A stretch of DNA of 64,000 bases from Halarcobacter sp. Its GTDB lineage: Bacteria > Campylobacterota > Campylobacteria > Campylobacterales > Arcobacteraceae. Positions 8,958 to 18,118 of the stretch are shown piece after piece (position 1 is the stretch's first letter; the number at the start of each line of letters is the position of its first letter). The notes beneath the pieces were generated by a model. It had not been told where the DNA came from. It did no database searches and was given only the letters and a program-made list of their open reading frames with translations. The translations under genes and the position numbers were made by a program. The stretch lies in assembly GCA_963676565.1 (NCBI GenBank), contig OY781089.1, positions 2,592,001-2,656,000 on the forward strand, in the 5' to 3' direction.

Positions 8958-10273
8958 GTAAAATAGTTGAAGTAAAATTATGGGGTACAACTATTGGATA
9001 TCTTGGTTACCCAAAAGATTCAAATATAGCGCAATTTGAGTATGACAAAAACTTTATGAAATCTAATATTTCACCCTCACCTTTACTGATGAATTATCCA
9101 CCTGACAAGTTTTATTTTGAAGATATTAGTTTTAGAACTTTTAAAGGAGTAGCTGGAGTTTTTGCGGATTCTTTGCCAGATAAATATGGGAATCAACTAA
9201 TCGATCAATTTATGGCAGAGAAAAAAATCCCCAAAGAAGATATAACAACTCTAGATAGATTATTATATGTGGGGAAAAGAAGTATTGGAGCTTTGGAATA
9301 TCATCCTTGTGAATTTGAAGATGATTTTGAAAAAAGTGCAAAAGCTTTAGATATATCTTTATTGTCTCAACTAGCTGAATTAGTAATTACAAAAAAAGAC
9401 AAACTAAATGATAAATTAAAAGATTCAAAAACAAAAAAAGAGGCACTTGATTTGATTAGAGTTGGTTCTAGCGCAGGAGGAGCAAGGGCAAAAGCACTTA
9501 TTGCAAAAGATGAAGATAAAAAGAATATATATATTGATGGAACAAACTTATATGAAGGGAACTATTCTTATTGGCTTTTAAAATTTGATTCATCTGCAAA
9601 TCAAGATAGGGATTCAAAAGACCCAAAAGGGATGACTAGAGTTGAATATATCTATTCCTTGTTTGCTAAAGAGTGTGAGATAGATATTCCTGAAACCTCA
9701 TATTTAGAAATAGATGATGATTTTCATTTTATGATAAAAAGATTTGATAGAGTTGTAGAAAATAAAAAAACCTCAAAACTACACTATATATCTTGGGCTG
9801 GACTATCTCATTATGATAGAGATACAACAGGGGCATACTCATACGAACAACTAATCTTAAACTTACGTCAACTAAACTTTGGACAAGAAGAGATTACAGA
9901 AATTTTTAAAAGAGCTGTTTTTAATATAGTAGGAAGAAACCAAGATGACCACACAAAAAACTTTGGATTTTTGATGAATAAAAAAGGAGAATGGAGTTTA
10001 TCCCCTGCTTTTGATATGACCTACTCTTTTGACCCATCTGGGACTTGGACGAAAGTTCATCAAATAAGATTAAATAAAAAGCAAGATAATTTTACAAAAG
10101 AAGATATTATTGCATTTGGGAAATATTGTAATCTAACTCAAATACAATCAACAAAAATCCTTGAAAAAACTATTGGGATATTTAAAAAATTTGAAAAACT
10201 TGCAGATGAATATAAGGTACCAATAAAAGTGAAAGATATCATCTCTAAAAATTTGAGAAGAGATTTAATTTAG
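8954..10273 (+). CDS. hipA: HipA family Ser/Thr kinase toxin
   Basis: DSLPDKYG N-terminal domain, SAGGARAKA, KRFDR, NQDDHTKNFGF, LSPAFD. Confidence 0.9.
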   Translation: MSKIVEVKLWGTTIGYLGYPKDSNIAQFEYDKNFMKSNISPSPLLMNYPPDKFYFEDISFRTFKGVAGVFADSLPDKYGNQLIDQFMAEKKIPKEDITTLDRLLYVGKRSIGALEYHPCEFEDDFEKSAKALDISLLSQLAELVITKKDKLNDKLKDSKTKKEALDLIRVGSSAGGARAKALIAKDEDKKNIYIDGTNLYEGNYSYWLLKFDSSANQDRDSKDPKGMTRVEYIYSLFAKECEIDIPETSYLEIDDDFHFMIKRFDRVVENKKTSKLHYISWAGLSHYDRDTTGAYSYEQLILNLRQLNFGQEEITEIFKRAVFNIVGRNQDDHTKNFGFLMNKKGEWSLSPAFDMTYSFDPSGTWTKVHQIRLNKKQDNFTKEDIIAFGKYCNLTQIQSTKILEKTIGIFKKFEKLADEYKVPIKVKDIISKNLRRDLI

Positions 10274-10870
10274 TACCTTATTTATATTAGATAAAGAAGC
10301 AACCTCTCCTGGCATTAGACTATCAATATGAATCTCACCAATTCTAATTCGAACAAGTCTTAATGTAGGGAATCCAACAGCAGCAGTCATTTTTCGAATC
10401 TGACGTTTCTTTCCTTCACAAATCGTAATAGATATCCAACTAGTAGGTCCATGTTTTGGATGACGAATATTTTTTCCTCGAGGTGGTAAATCTGGCTCAC
10501 CATCAATTGCAAATGCTTTACAAGGAAGAGTTAAATATTTGCTCCCACTTACAGTAATTTCAACACCCTTTTGGAGATTAGAAATTGCATCCTCTGTAAT
10601 CACACCATCAACTTGCACATAGTACTCTTTTTCTATACTTTTATTTCTAACTTTATGACTTGTCATACCATCAGTTGTAAGTAATAATAAACCTTCTGAG
10701 TCATGGTCTAACCTTCCAATAGCCATAGTATCCTCAGGAAAATCATAAAAGTCACCTAATAAGCTTTTATTTTTCATTTTTTCTTGCTTGAATTGACTTA
10801 AACACCCATATGGTTTAAATATTTTAAAGTGCTGGTGAGTTTGTTCTGATGTAGAGTTTTCATTTGGCAT
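10265..10870 (-). CDS. rluE: RsuA/RluE family pseudouridine synthase
   Basis: KPYGCLSQF, GRLDHDSEGLLLLT, EGKKRQIRKMTAAVGFPTLRLVR. Confidence 0.8.
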   Translation of the reverse strand: MPNENSTSEQTHQHFKIFKPYGCLSQFKQEKMKNKSLLGDFYDFPEDTMAIGRLDHDSEGLLLLTTDGMTSHKVRNKSIEKEYYVQVDGVITEDAISNLQKGVEITVSGSKYLTLPCKAFAIDGEPDLPPRGKNIRHPKHGPTSWISITICEGKKRQIRKMTAAVGFPTLRLVRIRIGEIHIDSLMPGEVASLSNINKVLN

Positions 10871-10926
10871 TAAAGATATCCTTTAGATTATGTGGAATTG
10901 TAACTTTTATTTTATAAAGTTGCGAT

Positions 10927-12207
10927 TTAATCTTTAATATCTTTTTTGTATACCTTTCCATTGAATTTTAATATAGATTTTTGGTTCGTTGTTATTACTT
11001 TAGCATCACATTCCCCATTCTTATTAACTTCATTTTTGGTTTCTGTAACCTTGCTTTTTATCAAAATATTAAAAAAGCCATTTGATTTTTGGTTTGACAT
11101 AATTAAAGTGTTTTTAGTATCTGTAAATTCACCAGAACAGTTACCGTTCCATTCACCAATGGCGTTCATCACGGAGTATTTATCAAGAATTTTTTTTAGT
11201 CTGTTGCCTGATTTGATAAAAAGAGACAAGGTTTCGCTTGTATAAGGATTAACTCTTGACATTCCCTGATAGCGTACTTTAACACCAAAAGCTCGAATCT
11301 TTTTATTAATAAAGTATCGCGCTGTATCTATACTGATTTTTCTAAGCATTATGGCATCTGAAACCCATTGGTTCGTTTGACTGCTTTCAAAGAATTTTTG
11401 TATTATTTTTCCAGTACGATTATCGGCAATAACAATATGACTGTTGAGGGCAAAATATTGTATTCCCTCTTCTACAATCTCTGGTATAACTATAATCACT
11501 TCATTTGGAGTTTGAGGGTTGGCTTTTGATACAATCAAATCTGTTTTTACTAATAACGGATCAAGACCTAATTCTTTTAAAACAGATAAAACTAATGTGA
11601 AATTTGATAAGGTGTCATTTAGTCTCTTTGAATTTGTCCTGTCAATCGTACCATCAAAATTAATAACAAATTCCTGTACTTCTATTTTTTTGACCAAATC
11701 CCAAGAAGTATGGTGGCTTGTGATAGCACGTTCACTTATTCTTGATTTTATTTGAGTCAGACCTTCAGCTATCTCGTCATAGACAATCCGCTGATAATCA
11801 ATAACATTGCCTTTTAAATCATAGTTTATCAAGGTAGATTCCATTTCATATTCACCCAATTTATAGGTAACCACCACCGTATAGAAGTTTTGAGACAAAG
11901 TTACTTTGTAAGAACTCACTGCTTTATACTTAGATTTTTCTTGATAGAAATCAGGATATATAGTTTCAATCTTCAAAGCGTGACTATCAATGGATTTAAA
12001 GTCAGCAACGTCAATAAAATCATCAAAGTTTGTGGTATCAACTACTGGCAGTTTTCTCTCTTTTAGAGTATTTATCACGTCTTTAAAATCAATAGATTTC
12101 TCTACTTGTTCTATTGCACCTTCCACTTGCTTTTCATCTTGTTTTTCTTGTCCAAAAGAATAAGAGAACAACAGCGATATAAGTATAAAAATTTGCATAT
12201 GTTTCAT
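10927..12207 (-). CDS. Secreted hypothetical protein
   Basis: 426-aa ORF with N-terminal signal peptide. Confidence 0.65.
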   Translation of the reverse strand: MKHMQIFILISLLFSYSFGQEKQDEKQVEGAIEQVEKSIDFKDVINTLKERKLPVVDTTNFDDFIDVADFKSIDSHALKIETIYPDFYQEKSKYKAVSSYKVTLSQNFYTVVVTYKLGEYEMESTLINYDLKGNVIDYQRIVYDEIAEGLTQIKSRISERAITSHHTSWDLVKKIEVQEFVINFDGTIDRTNSKRLNDTLSNFTLVLSVLKELGLDPLLVKTDLIVSKANPQTPNEVIIVIPEIVEEGIQYFALNSHIVIADNRTGKIIQKFFESSQTNQWVSDAIMLRKISIDTARYFINKKIRAFGVKVRYQGMSRVNPYTSETLSLFIKSGNRLKKILDKYSVMNAIGEWNGNCSGEFTDTKNTLIMSNQKSNGFFNILIKSKVTETKNEVNKNGECDAKVITTNQKSILKFNGKVYKKDIKD

Positions 12208-12209
12208 GA

Positions 12210-12596
12210 TCAGATCCAGTCTAAAGTTTTTTCAAGAAAATAGTGTAAGAAAGCTAAAATAACTAATATTAACAACATAGAAATTCCACGTTTTAAGAAC
12301 ATATACTTAGATAAGTTACATTTTTTTTTCAGATAAAAGAGATCAAAAAGTATAAATAGTATAGCTAAAATGGCTCCTATAATACCTCCCACAAAAAACA
12401 CTCCAAAAAAAAGCATTTTGGAATAAATAAAAGATAAGAAATTTGTTTCTTCTGGCGTTGGACCTGCAATCAAGTATGAAAGTAAATACATATAGCCAAT
12501 ACCTAGAATCAAGGCAATGACTGTCCAAAGGGCATACTCTAAAATGAGTTTTCCCACTTTATTGGATTGAACAACGTTTTTTTCGTTCGTCTTCAT
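12210..12596 (-). CDS. Hypothetical membrane protein (about 3 TM)
   Basis: Three hydrophobic segments; tightly coupled to neighbours. Confidence 0.6.
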   Translation of the reverse strand: MKTNEKNVVQSNKVGKLILEYALWTVIALILGIGYMYLLSYLIAGPTPEETNFLSFIYSKMLFFGVFFVGGIIGAILAILFILFDLFYLKKKCNLSKYMFLKRGISMLLILVILAFLHYFLEKTLDWI

Positions 12597-14145
12597 TGGG
12601 TATTCCTTTCATTTTGTCTAACAAGTCAGGATCGCTAAAGTCTAACTCTTGCTCAATATTGCAAATATAGATAGATGAATTTTTTTCATTACTTTCTTTT
12701 ACCCTAAAAAGGGTATTGGTTAATACCCAATGAGTATTTTTAAAAGTAATGTAGTGGTTAGCCTCGTTAAGTCCGCGATCAGGAAATGTTGTTTGAATTA
12801 AAAAGCCATTTTCTTCTGCTAATACATCAACAATTTGATTTCCACCATCTTCTGAAAAATTGGTACTTTTTAAAGCAAATCGGTATGCTCCATCTTTATT
12901 GATAAACAGTAATAACTCATCTTCTTGGTATGGAATTGAGCTTACTACTTTGTCCAAAGCATAGTCATTGTTGATATCAATGTCTCTAACAAAATAATTT
13001 TTATTGTTCAAGTAGTATGATATATCTTTACCTATAGGATTTTTCTTATTCTCTTCCACATTAAATTCATTTGCAAACAAATCATATATAATATGCATTT
13101 TGTGATTATTAAAGCTATGCGTAAACTTTTTGTCAAATTGTGGATGTTGTCCATCAAAGAGAAAAAACAAAACTGACTTTGCTTCTTTAAATTCCAAGGT
13201 ATTGATTAGATTATATCGCTGTTTTTTCTTGATATACTTTATAAATTTATCTTGAAAATAATTAACGGCATCAGCTTGCCATTTACCATTTTTTGCAATA
13301 TTAATGAGTTTTTTTTCATAGTTCTTATACTTTTCATTTGAAATCAACTCAAAAAAATAAGCAATATAAGCATTGCTTTCATTGTAAAGTTTGCTGGGGG
13401 AATCGTTGTACTCATTCCATCCAAAATAACTTACAAATTCTTGAAAACTATCAGGAAAGAGATTTAGAAAAAGTACCTCATTTTTTGTGGAGAACGCCAG
13501 CTTTATTTGAGCTATAGAAATACTGTTATCTAGCGGTTCTTCAACATCAGAAATTAAATCATTGTTATTGAACTTGCGATTGGGTTTATTAATCAAATTT
13601 CCCTCATTGAAGAAACTAAACTTTCCACACTCTAAAGTGACATTGACTTTACAGTTAGAATAATCAAATTCTGCCAACTTATACTTACTATACATACCTA
13701 ATTCTTCAGTGACCAAGCCACCTAGATCTTCTTCGTTTTCTAAAAAATATGCTGTACCTTCATCTTGAAAAACACTAAAAGGAAAAGCCTTAGAATACTT
13801 ATAAAATAAAATTGAATCTTCTTTTTGATAAGCTAGTTTCTTGCCTGTTGAAAACCCTTTTTTCAAGTGTTCTGTTACTTTTTCCCTAATTACTTGATGA
13901 AGAATACTCTGATCCTTTTCAGGATACTTTACTAAATAAAGATTAGGATAGACCTCGGATTGTATAAACATCATATTCTTAAAAAAGAAGTGGTTAATAA
14001 TCTGTACAGTAAGACCAATAACAAATAAAGCCAAAGCCACTCGTGACCTTTCTTTATTTTGTAAAATCCACTTTATTAATCTAATGGCAAAAAATAGTAA
14101 GCCAATACTCAATAGAAGAAACAAAATGATGAGGATTATTTCCAT
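12559..14145 (-). CDS. Membrane-anchored hypothetical protein
   Basis: 528-aa ORF with two N-terminal hydrophobic segments. Confidence 0.65.
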   Translation of the reverse strand: MEIILIILFLLLSIGLLFFAIRLIKWILQNKERSRVALALFVIGLTVQIINHFFFKNMMFIQSEVYPNLYLVKYPEKDQSILHQVIREKVTEHLKKGFSTGKKLAYQKEDSILFYKYSKAFPFSVFQDEGTAYFLENEEDLGGLVTEELGMYSKYKLAEFDYSNCKVNVTLECGKFSFFNEGNLINKPNRKFNNNDLISDVEEPLDNSISIAQIKLAFSTKNEVLFLNLFPDSFQEFVSYFGWNEYNDSPSKLYNESNAYIAYFFELISNEKYKNYEKKLINIAKNGKWQADAVNYFQDKFIKYIKKKQRYNLINTLEFKEAKSVLFFLFDGQHPQFDKKFTHSFNNHKMHIIYDLFANEFNVEENKKNPIGKDISYYLNNKNYFVRDIDINNDYALDKVVSSIPYQEDELLLFINKDGAYRFALKSTNFSEDGGNQIVDVLAEENGFLIQTTFPDRGLNEANHYITFKNTHWVLTNTLFRVKESNEKNSSIYICNIEQELDFSDPDLLDKMKGIPNEDERKKRCSIQ

Positions 14146-14179
14146 GAAGTTACATCCTTAGGGCACTGCAATCAATAAG

Positions 14180-14563
14180 CTAATACCATTTAGTCAAATA
14201 CTTGATACGAGCATTTGTCATTTCAATTTCGCACTCAAGTCTGGCTTCATTGCGTTGCATACCCCCACTTTGAAGTACATAAAATGCATCACAATTTTTT
14301 TTCTTGAATTCAAGCCAGCTACGTTGGCTAATAATCAAGCTTTGTTTCAATTCATTAGCATCAACTAAGGCTGCATCGGGTAATTTTCCCGTGTTTATGC
14401 TACTCATAATAGCTTTATAAATACGATTCAATTCAGCATCAGATGACTCTTGTTCAAGCTGTAGCTCACATAAAGAAGTAGGCAGACCACAACGTTCATC
14501 AATATCTTGTGCAAACAATTGGAAAGTCGTACAATAAAAAAATAGAACCAAGAACCTAATCAT
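14180..14563 (-). CDS. Lysozyme inhibitor LprI / DUF1311 family protein
   Basis: Signal peptide, SDAELNRIYK, SQRSWLEFKKKNC, CEIEMTNARI. Confidence 0.8.
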   Translation of the reverse strand: MIRFLVLFFYCTTFQLFAQDIDERCGLPTSLCELQLEQESSDAELNRIYKAIMSSINTGKLPDAALVDANELKQSLIISQRSWLEFKKKNCDAFYVLQSGGMQRNEARLECEIEMTNARIKYLTKWY

Positions 14564-14585
14564 TTAACTTTCCTTTTATTAAAAT

Positions 14586-14639
14586 ATATAACGTTTAAGT
14601 TGAAAAACATTTAGTAATAGTTAATAATAAATATTTTTA
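14586..14639 (-). repeat. Truncated attC (right half only)
   Basis: Minus strand: AAAAATATTTA...TAAATGTTTTT-CAACTTAAAC-GTTATAT; same right arm as the 70-bp attC sites, but R'' and its spacer are missing. Confidence 0.6.
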
Positions 14640-15050
14640 TTTAACTCCACATTTACTATCAAGTATTTTAGCTAAACTATCTCTTTTTTTATCTGCTTTC
14701 ATCAGTCTTTGATACTCTGATTCATCATTATTCTTTTTAGCTTCAACTTTTGCCATAAAAGATTGATACGAATATAATGAATCATACATAAATAATTTTC
14801 CATCGATTTTATCTATCTCTTTTGCTGCACATTTACAATATTCTAATTCTTTTTCATTTTTGGCTTGTTTTTCACAAGTGATTTTAAACATCTGTTTTGA
14901 TTTTTTAATTTGCCCACTTTTTAGCATCTGTTCATACATCTCTTGATTTGCTTTAACTTGATAAAACTCTTCAATATTCATAGATAAAATATTGTTAGCA
15001 AAACATTGTAATGATAAAAAAGATATAAGAATTAAATATTTGATGCCCAT
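14637..15050 (-). CDS. Secreted hypothetical protein (cassette gene)
   Basis: Signal peptide, Cys residues; followed by an attC remnant. Confidence 0.65.
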   Translation of the reverse strand: MGIKYLILISFLSLQCFANNILSMNIEEFYQVKANQEMYEQMLKSGQIKKSKQMFKITCEKQAKNEKELEYCKCAAKEIDKIDGKLFMYDSLYSYQSFMAKVEAKKNNDESEYQRLMKADKKRDSLAKILDSKCGVK

Positions 15051-15219
15051 TCATTTCCTTTTATTTTTTAGTTTATTTAACAATCATAGTATCTTTTTGA
15101 GACTTAAATAATACTCTTCAAAATAAAGCTTGTAAATATATTAAATAATTATTAATATTACTCCAAAATGAAGTTAATTAAAATCATTTTCTGCAATAAT
15201 TTTAAACTATTCTTTTGTA

Positions 15220-15278
15220 GTTTAACGTTTGAAATAAGCCAATAAATTTCCCGCATGGTAATTTATTGGCTGTTATAT
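15220..15278 (-). repeat. attC of the blaOXA cassette, left arm shortened (59 bp)
   Basis: ATATAAC-AGCCAATAAATTACC-ATGC-GGGAAATTTATTGGCT-TATTTCAAAC-GTTAAAC. Confidence 0.75.
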
Positions 15279-16028
15279 AATATTCTTAAATTTTAAAGCT
15301 TCCATTACAATTTGTTTTCTATATTTTAACTCTTCTTTTTTAATATCAGCATTTAAGGCAAAAAACCAAATGTTATTTTTAGTTTCAACATATCCTACAT
15401 ACCATCCTATTTTACCTGACCATCCTGATTTGGCTTTTATTATATAATCTTTTGTTTTTTCAACAGTTAATATTTTTTTTGTAATATCGATATATTTTTG
15501 TTGAAAGGGTAAATCATCTTTATATAATTTTTTGAGAAACTCTATTTGTTCAACTGCTGATATTTGTAGATCACCTTCTAGCCAAAAAGTAGATACATCT
15601 AAACCAGTTTTTTCATTACCGTAATCTATTTTTTTTAACCAATCTAAATATTTTTCATTTCCTATTTTTTTTGCAAATCTTTGATAACACCAAACGCATG
15701 ACATTGCAATAGCACTTTGTAAAGTTTGATCTTTATTCCATGGTTCATAAAATCTTTTTTTACCATCCCACTTAATAATTTCATATTCGTCTTTTATCAC
15801 TCTTTCTTCTAAAACAATAAGTGTATTTGGTATTTTAAAAGTTGATGCTGGAATATATCTTTTTATGGCTCTTGTATCGTTATGTATAAACTCTTCATTA
15901 TTTAGTGATGACAAAACAATTGTTCCATTGATTTTTGTTTTTTTAAAAATGTTTTCTAACTCTTTATCTTGTGCTAGTGCAAAATTGAACAAAATGTTTA
16001 TCAGTATAATTATTTTTACATTGTTCAT
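15273..16028 (-). CDS. blaOXA: Class D (OXA) beta-lactamase, 251 aa, cassette-borne
   Basis: STFK, SCV, YGN, FWL and KSG motifs; signal peptide from ATG 16028 with AGGGG RBS; stop codon lies inside the attC TAAC. Confidence 0.92.
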   Translation of the reverse strand: MNNVKIIILINILFNFALAQDKELENIFKKTKINGTIVLSSLNNEEFIHNDTRAIKRYIPASTFKIPNTLIVLEERVIKDEYEIIKWDGKKRFYEPWNKDQTLQSAIAMSCVWCYQRFAKKIGNEKYLDWLKKIDYGNEKTGLDVSTFWLEGDLQISAVEQIEFLKKLYKDDLPFQQKYIDITKKILTVEKTKDYIIKAKSGWSGKIGWYVGYVETKNNIWFFALNADIKKEELKYRKQIVMEALKFKNII

Positions 16029-16040
16029 TTTTCCCCTTTT

Positions 16041-16166
16041 ATATAACGCCCAGTTAAGGGGTGAAGCACGCAATGACCAAGCCTCTGCATAGCACATCAA
16101 CATCGAAATCCAACGCATAGCAAAAATGCCACGCGTGCTGAATCCCTCTTGAACTGTTTGTTATGG
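16041..16166 (-). repeat. attC, Vibrio-repeat (VCR/VXR)-like, 126 bp
   Basis: Minus strand CCATAACAAACAGTTCAAGAGGGATTCAGCACGC...GCGTGCTTCACCCCTTAACTGGGCGTTATAT. Confidence 0.9.
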
Positions 16167-16643
16167 CGCTCCACTCAACGTTAGCTCTTGTATATCAACT
16201 TGGTCTACTTCCCTGCCTAATATTAGCTTGTACTCGACTAAACGATGAACTGGGATAACTGGCAACTCGATACCTTGATAATCTTTAATAACTGATTCTG
16301 AGAAGTAAATTTCAAGCTGGTGCCAAGAGCCATCTTGACATGATTGTATCTTAGTATGTTCAGACAAACCGATTTCAATTTTTTGATTTTGGTAAACCAA
16401 TTGGAAATACTCTAGATCCCAACCATATTCGGCATAATGAGTTAACGGTTTGGATATGTATTTTGCTACATGCGATAGCACTTTGTCTGCGTCTGAGTTT
16501 CGAATATAAAGATCTATATCTGCGATTTCCCGACTTCCACCATGAATAGTTGCCGCTAATCCACCTACTATTTGATACTCCACAACCTCTGCATCTAAGA
16601 TCTCTTTGAGCCACTGCAAGGCTACTTTAACTTTATCACTCAT
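16161..16643 (-). CDS. Nucleotidyltransferase-fold protein (cassette gene)
   Basis: IVGGLA...REIADIDL motif; visibly more GC-rich than host genes; stop codon in attC R''. Confidence 0.7.
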   Translation of the reverse strand: MSDKVKVALQWLKEILDAEVVEYQIVGGLAATIHGGSREIADIDLYIRNSDADKVLSHVAKYISKPLTHYAEYGWDLEYFQLVYQNQKIEIGLSEHTKIQSCQDGSWHQLEIYFSESVIKDYQGIELPVIPVHRLVEYKLILGREVDQVDIQELTLSGAP

Positions 16644-16673
16644 CTAGTTCCTTTAGCTGAATTTTGCCTTGCG

Positions 16674-16733
16674 CCATAACGCCCCACACATGGGCGCAGC
16701 TTTGCTGCGTCCTTGTGCTGTGGCTTGTTAAGG
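16674..16733 (-). repeat. attC, 60 bp GC-rich (59-base-element size class)
   Basis: CCTTAACAAGCCACAGCACAAGGACGCAGC-AAA-GCTGCGCCCATGTGTGGGGCGTTATGG. Confidence 0.88.
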
Positions 16734-17069
16734 GTGCGCATCAGGTTTTGCAACAACCTTAAGACGATTTGTTTTAACCCAAACACCTGCATCCTCCTCT
16801 TTGCCACCATATATAATTTGAGAGAATCCATCATACTCACTGTAAATACCTACTCCATCTTTTGGAATTATAAATTTCCCTTTAATCGAGCATGATTCGT
16901 GCGGTGCTGAATAAAATTGTGCTCGCCCTTCACCAACAACTTCACCCATCCATACCCTGTGCCAGTATTTGGCTTTTGCTTTAACATCCAGAGCTTTGCA
17001 ATCTATGTCTTCATTGCTATAGGCATTAAAAGATAAAACTAATGTGAAAAGCGTAATGATCATTCTCAT
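16728..17069 (-). CDS. Secreted hypothetical protein (cassette gene)
   Basis: Signal peptide; stop codon in attC R''. Confidence 0.7.
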   Translation of the reverse strand: MRMIITLFTLVLSFNAYSNEDIDCKALDVKAKAKYWHRVWMGEVVGEGRAQFYSAPHESCSIKGKFIIPKDGVGIYSEYDGFSQIIYGGKEEDAGVWVKTNRLKVVAKPDAHP

Positions 17070-17076
17070 GCTAAAC

Positions 17077-17146
17077 CCTTAACGTTTGAGTCGAGAAATA
17101 TTTGAGCCGCTAAGGTCAAATATTTCTCTCCAATGATTTGTTATAT
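17077..17146 (-). repeat. attC, 70 bp AT-rich type
   Basis: ATATAACAAATCATTGGAGAGAAATATTTGACC-TTAGC-GGCTCAAATATTTCTCGACTCAAACGTTAAGG. Confidence 0.88.
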
Positions 17147-17550
17147 ACTAGTTTACTATTAATAATTTGGATTATTCCTTCAACATTATCCTTAAGTATA
17201 ATAGCTCGTTCAATAAATAAAGATACATCAGAATCAATTATATTTTCATCATCAATTAAAGTATTTTCAATTAGACCGGAAAAGTATGAGTGTATTTCAT
17301 GTATTAAACAATTTCTTTGATCTTTTAACATATTTAAAGCAGGAACAACATTCTTCAATGAATCATGTTTTTTTAATTTAAATATTAATCCACCTAATGT
17401 GCTTTCAATAAACTGTGAATTTTCATTATTTTCATCAAGAAATTTTTTAATTAAGCTTTCTAATTTTCCAGTAATTAAAATGACACGACCAAGTTCCATA
17501 CAAAATCTATCATTAGTATATAAAAGATTATAAAAATGTTTATTACTCAT
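17116..17550 (-). CDS. Hypothetical protein (cassette gene; reads into its attC)
   Basis: AGGAG RBS right after GTTATGC; C-terminal YNKSLERNI is encoded by the attC left arm. Confidence 0.7.
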   Translation of the reverse strand: MSNKHFYNLLYTNDRFCMELGRVILITGKLESLIKKFLDENNENSQFIESTLGGLIFKLKKHDSLKNVVPALNMLKDQRNCLIHEIHSYFSGLIENTLIDDENIIDSDVSLFIERAIILKDNVEGIIQIINSKLVYNKSLERNI

Positions 17551-17563
17551 TCAAACTCCTTAT

Positions 17564-17634
17564 GCATAACGTTTAAGGAGAGCAATATTTGACACAAGGG
17601 CGGGTCAAATATTGGTTCCTACGTTTTGTTAGTC
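17564..17634 (-). repeat. attC, 71 bp AT-rich type
   Basis: GACTAACAAAACGTAGGAACCAATATTTGAC-CCGCCCTTGT-GTCAAATATTGCTCTCCTTAAACGTTATGC. Confidence 0.88.
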
Positions 17635-18105
17635 ATTTAGTTGACTCGCTGATTCTTCTATCGTCTTGATAGGGTCTTCCATAAATTTACAGGCTTTTGA
17701 AACTTTTAAATCTTCAATTATCTCAGATAAGTTTGGTTGTAGAACTTTACTAGACTCTTCAGCATATAACAAACACTTTTCTTCATCTGCTATTGTAATG
17801 AAATTTTCCAAAATTTTTATATTGTCTTGTGCTGGAGAAAATTTAAGAACAACAGCTTCAAATTTTTCATCTGTTTTATAAATCTGTATTTGAGAACCCC
17901 AGTTATCGTCTGATTTAAATTCTTCAACATCACCCCAACTATTATTAATTGGTAATAAAGAACGTATTGAATTCATGAAATTTGTTGAGGGGTTTGAAAA
18001 CTCTTCCCAAGCAAAATAATCATCTAGCGCACTTTGAAAATCAGTTTTATGCTTTTCTACAAACTCTTTAGGAATGATTTCAATATTATATTGAAAAATT
18101 GCCAT
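17629..18105 (-). CDS. Hypothetical protein (first cassette gene)
   Basis: AGGA RBS after GTTAGTCA; stop codon in attC R''. Confidence 0.7.
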   Translation of the reverse strand: MAIFQYNIEIIPKEFVEKHKTDFQSALDDYFAWEEFSNPSTNFMNSIRSLLPINNSWGDVEEFKSDDNWGSQIQIYKTDEKFEAVVLKFSPAQDNIKILENFITIADEEKCLLYAEESSKVLQPNLSEIIEDLKVSKACKFMEDPIKTIEESASQLND

Positions 18106-18118
18106 TATTTATCCTAGT

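Noticed and set aside
16029..16118. 30-aa N-terminal extension of the beta-lactamase in the ORF track
   Set aside because: It lies inside the upstream attC; the RBS and signal peptide support ATG 16028.
16640..16895. Short ORFs 16640-16840(-) and 16713-16895(+)
   Set aside because: They overlap a cassette gene and an attC in alternative frames and have no independent support.
14586..17634. Repeated hairpins as a CRISPR array
   Set aside because: The repeats differ from each other, are separated by whole genes and carry attC boxes; no cas genes are present.
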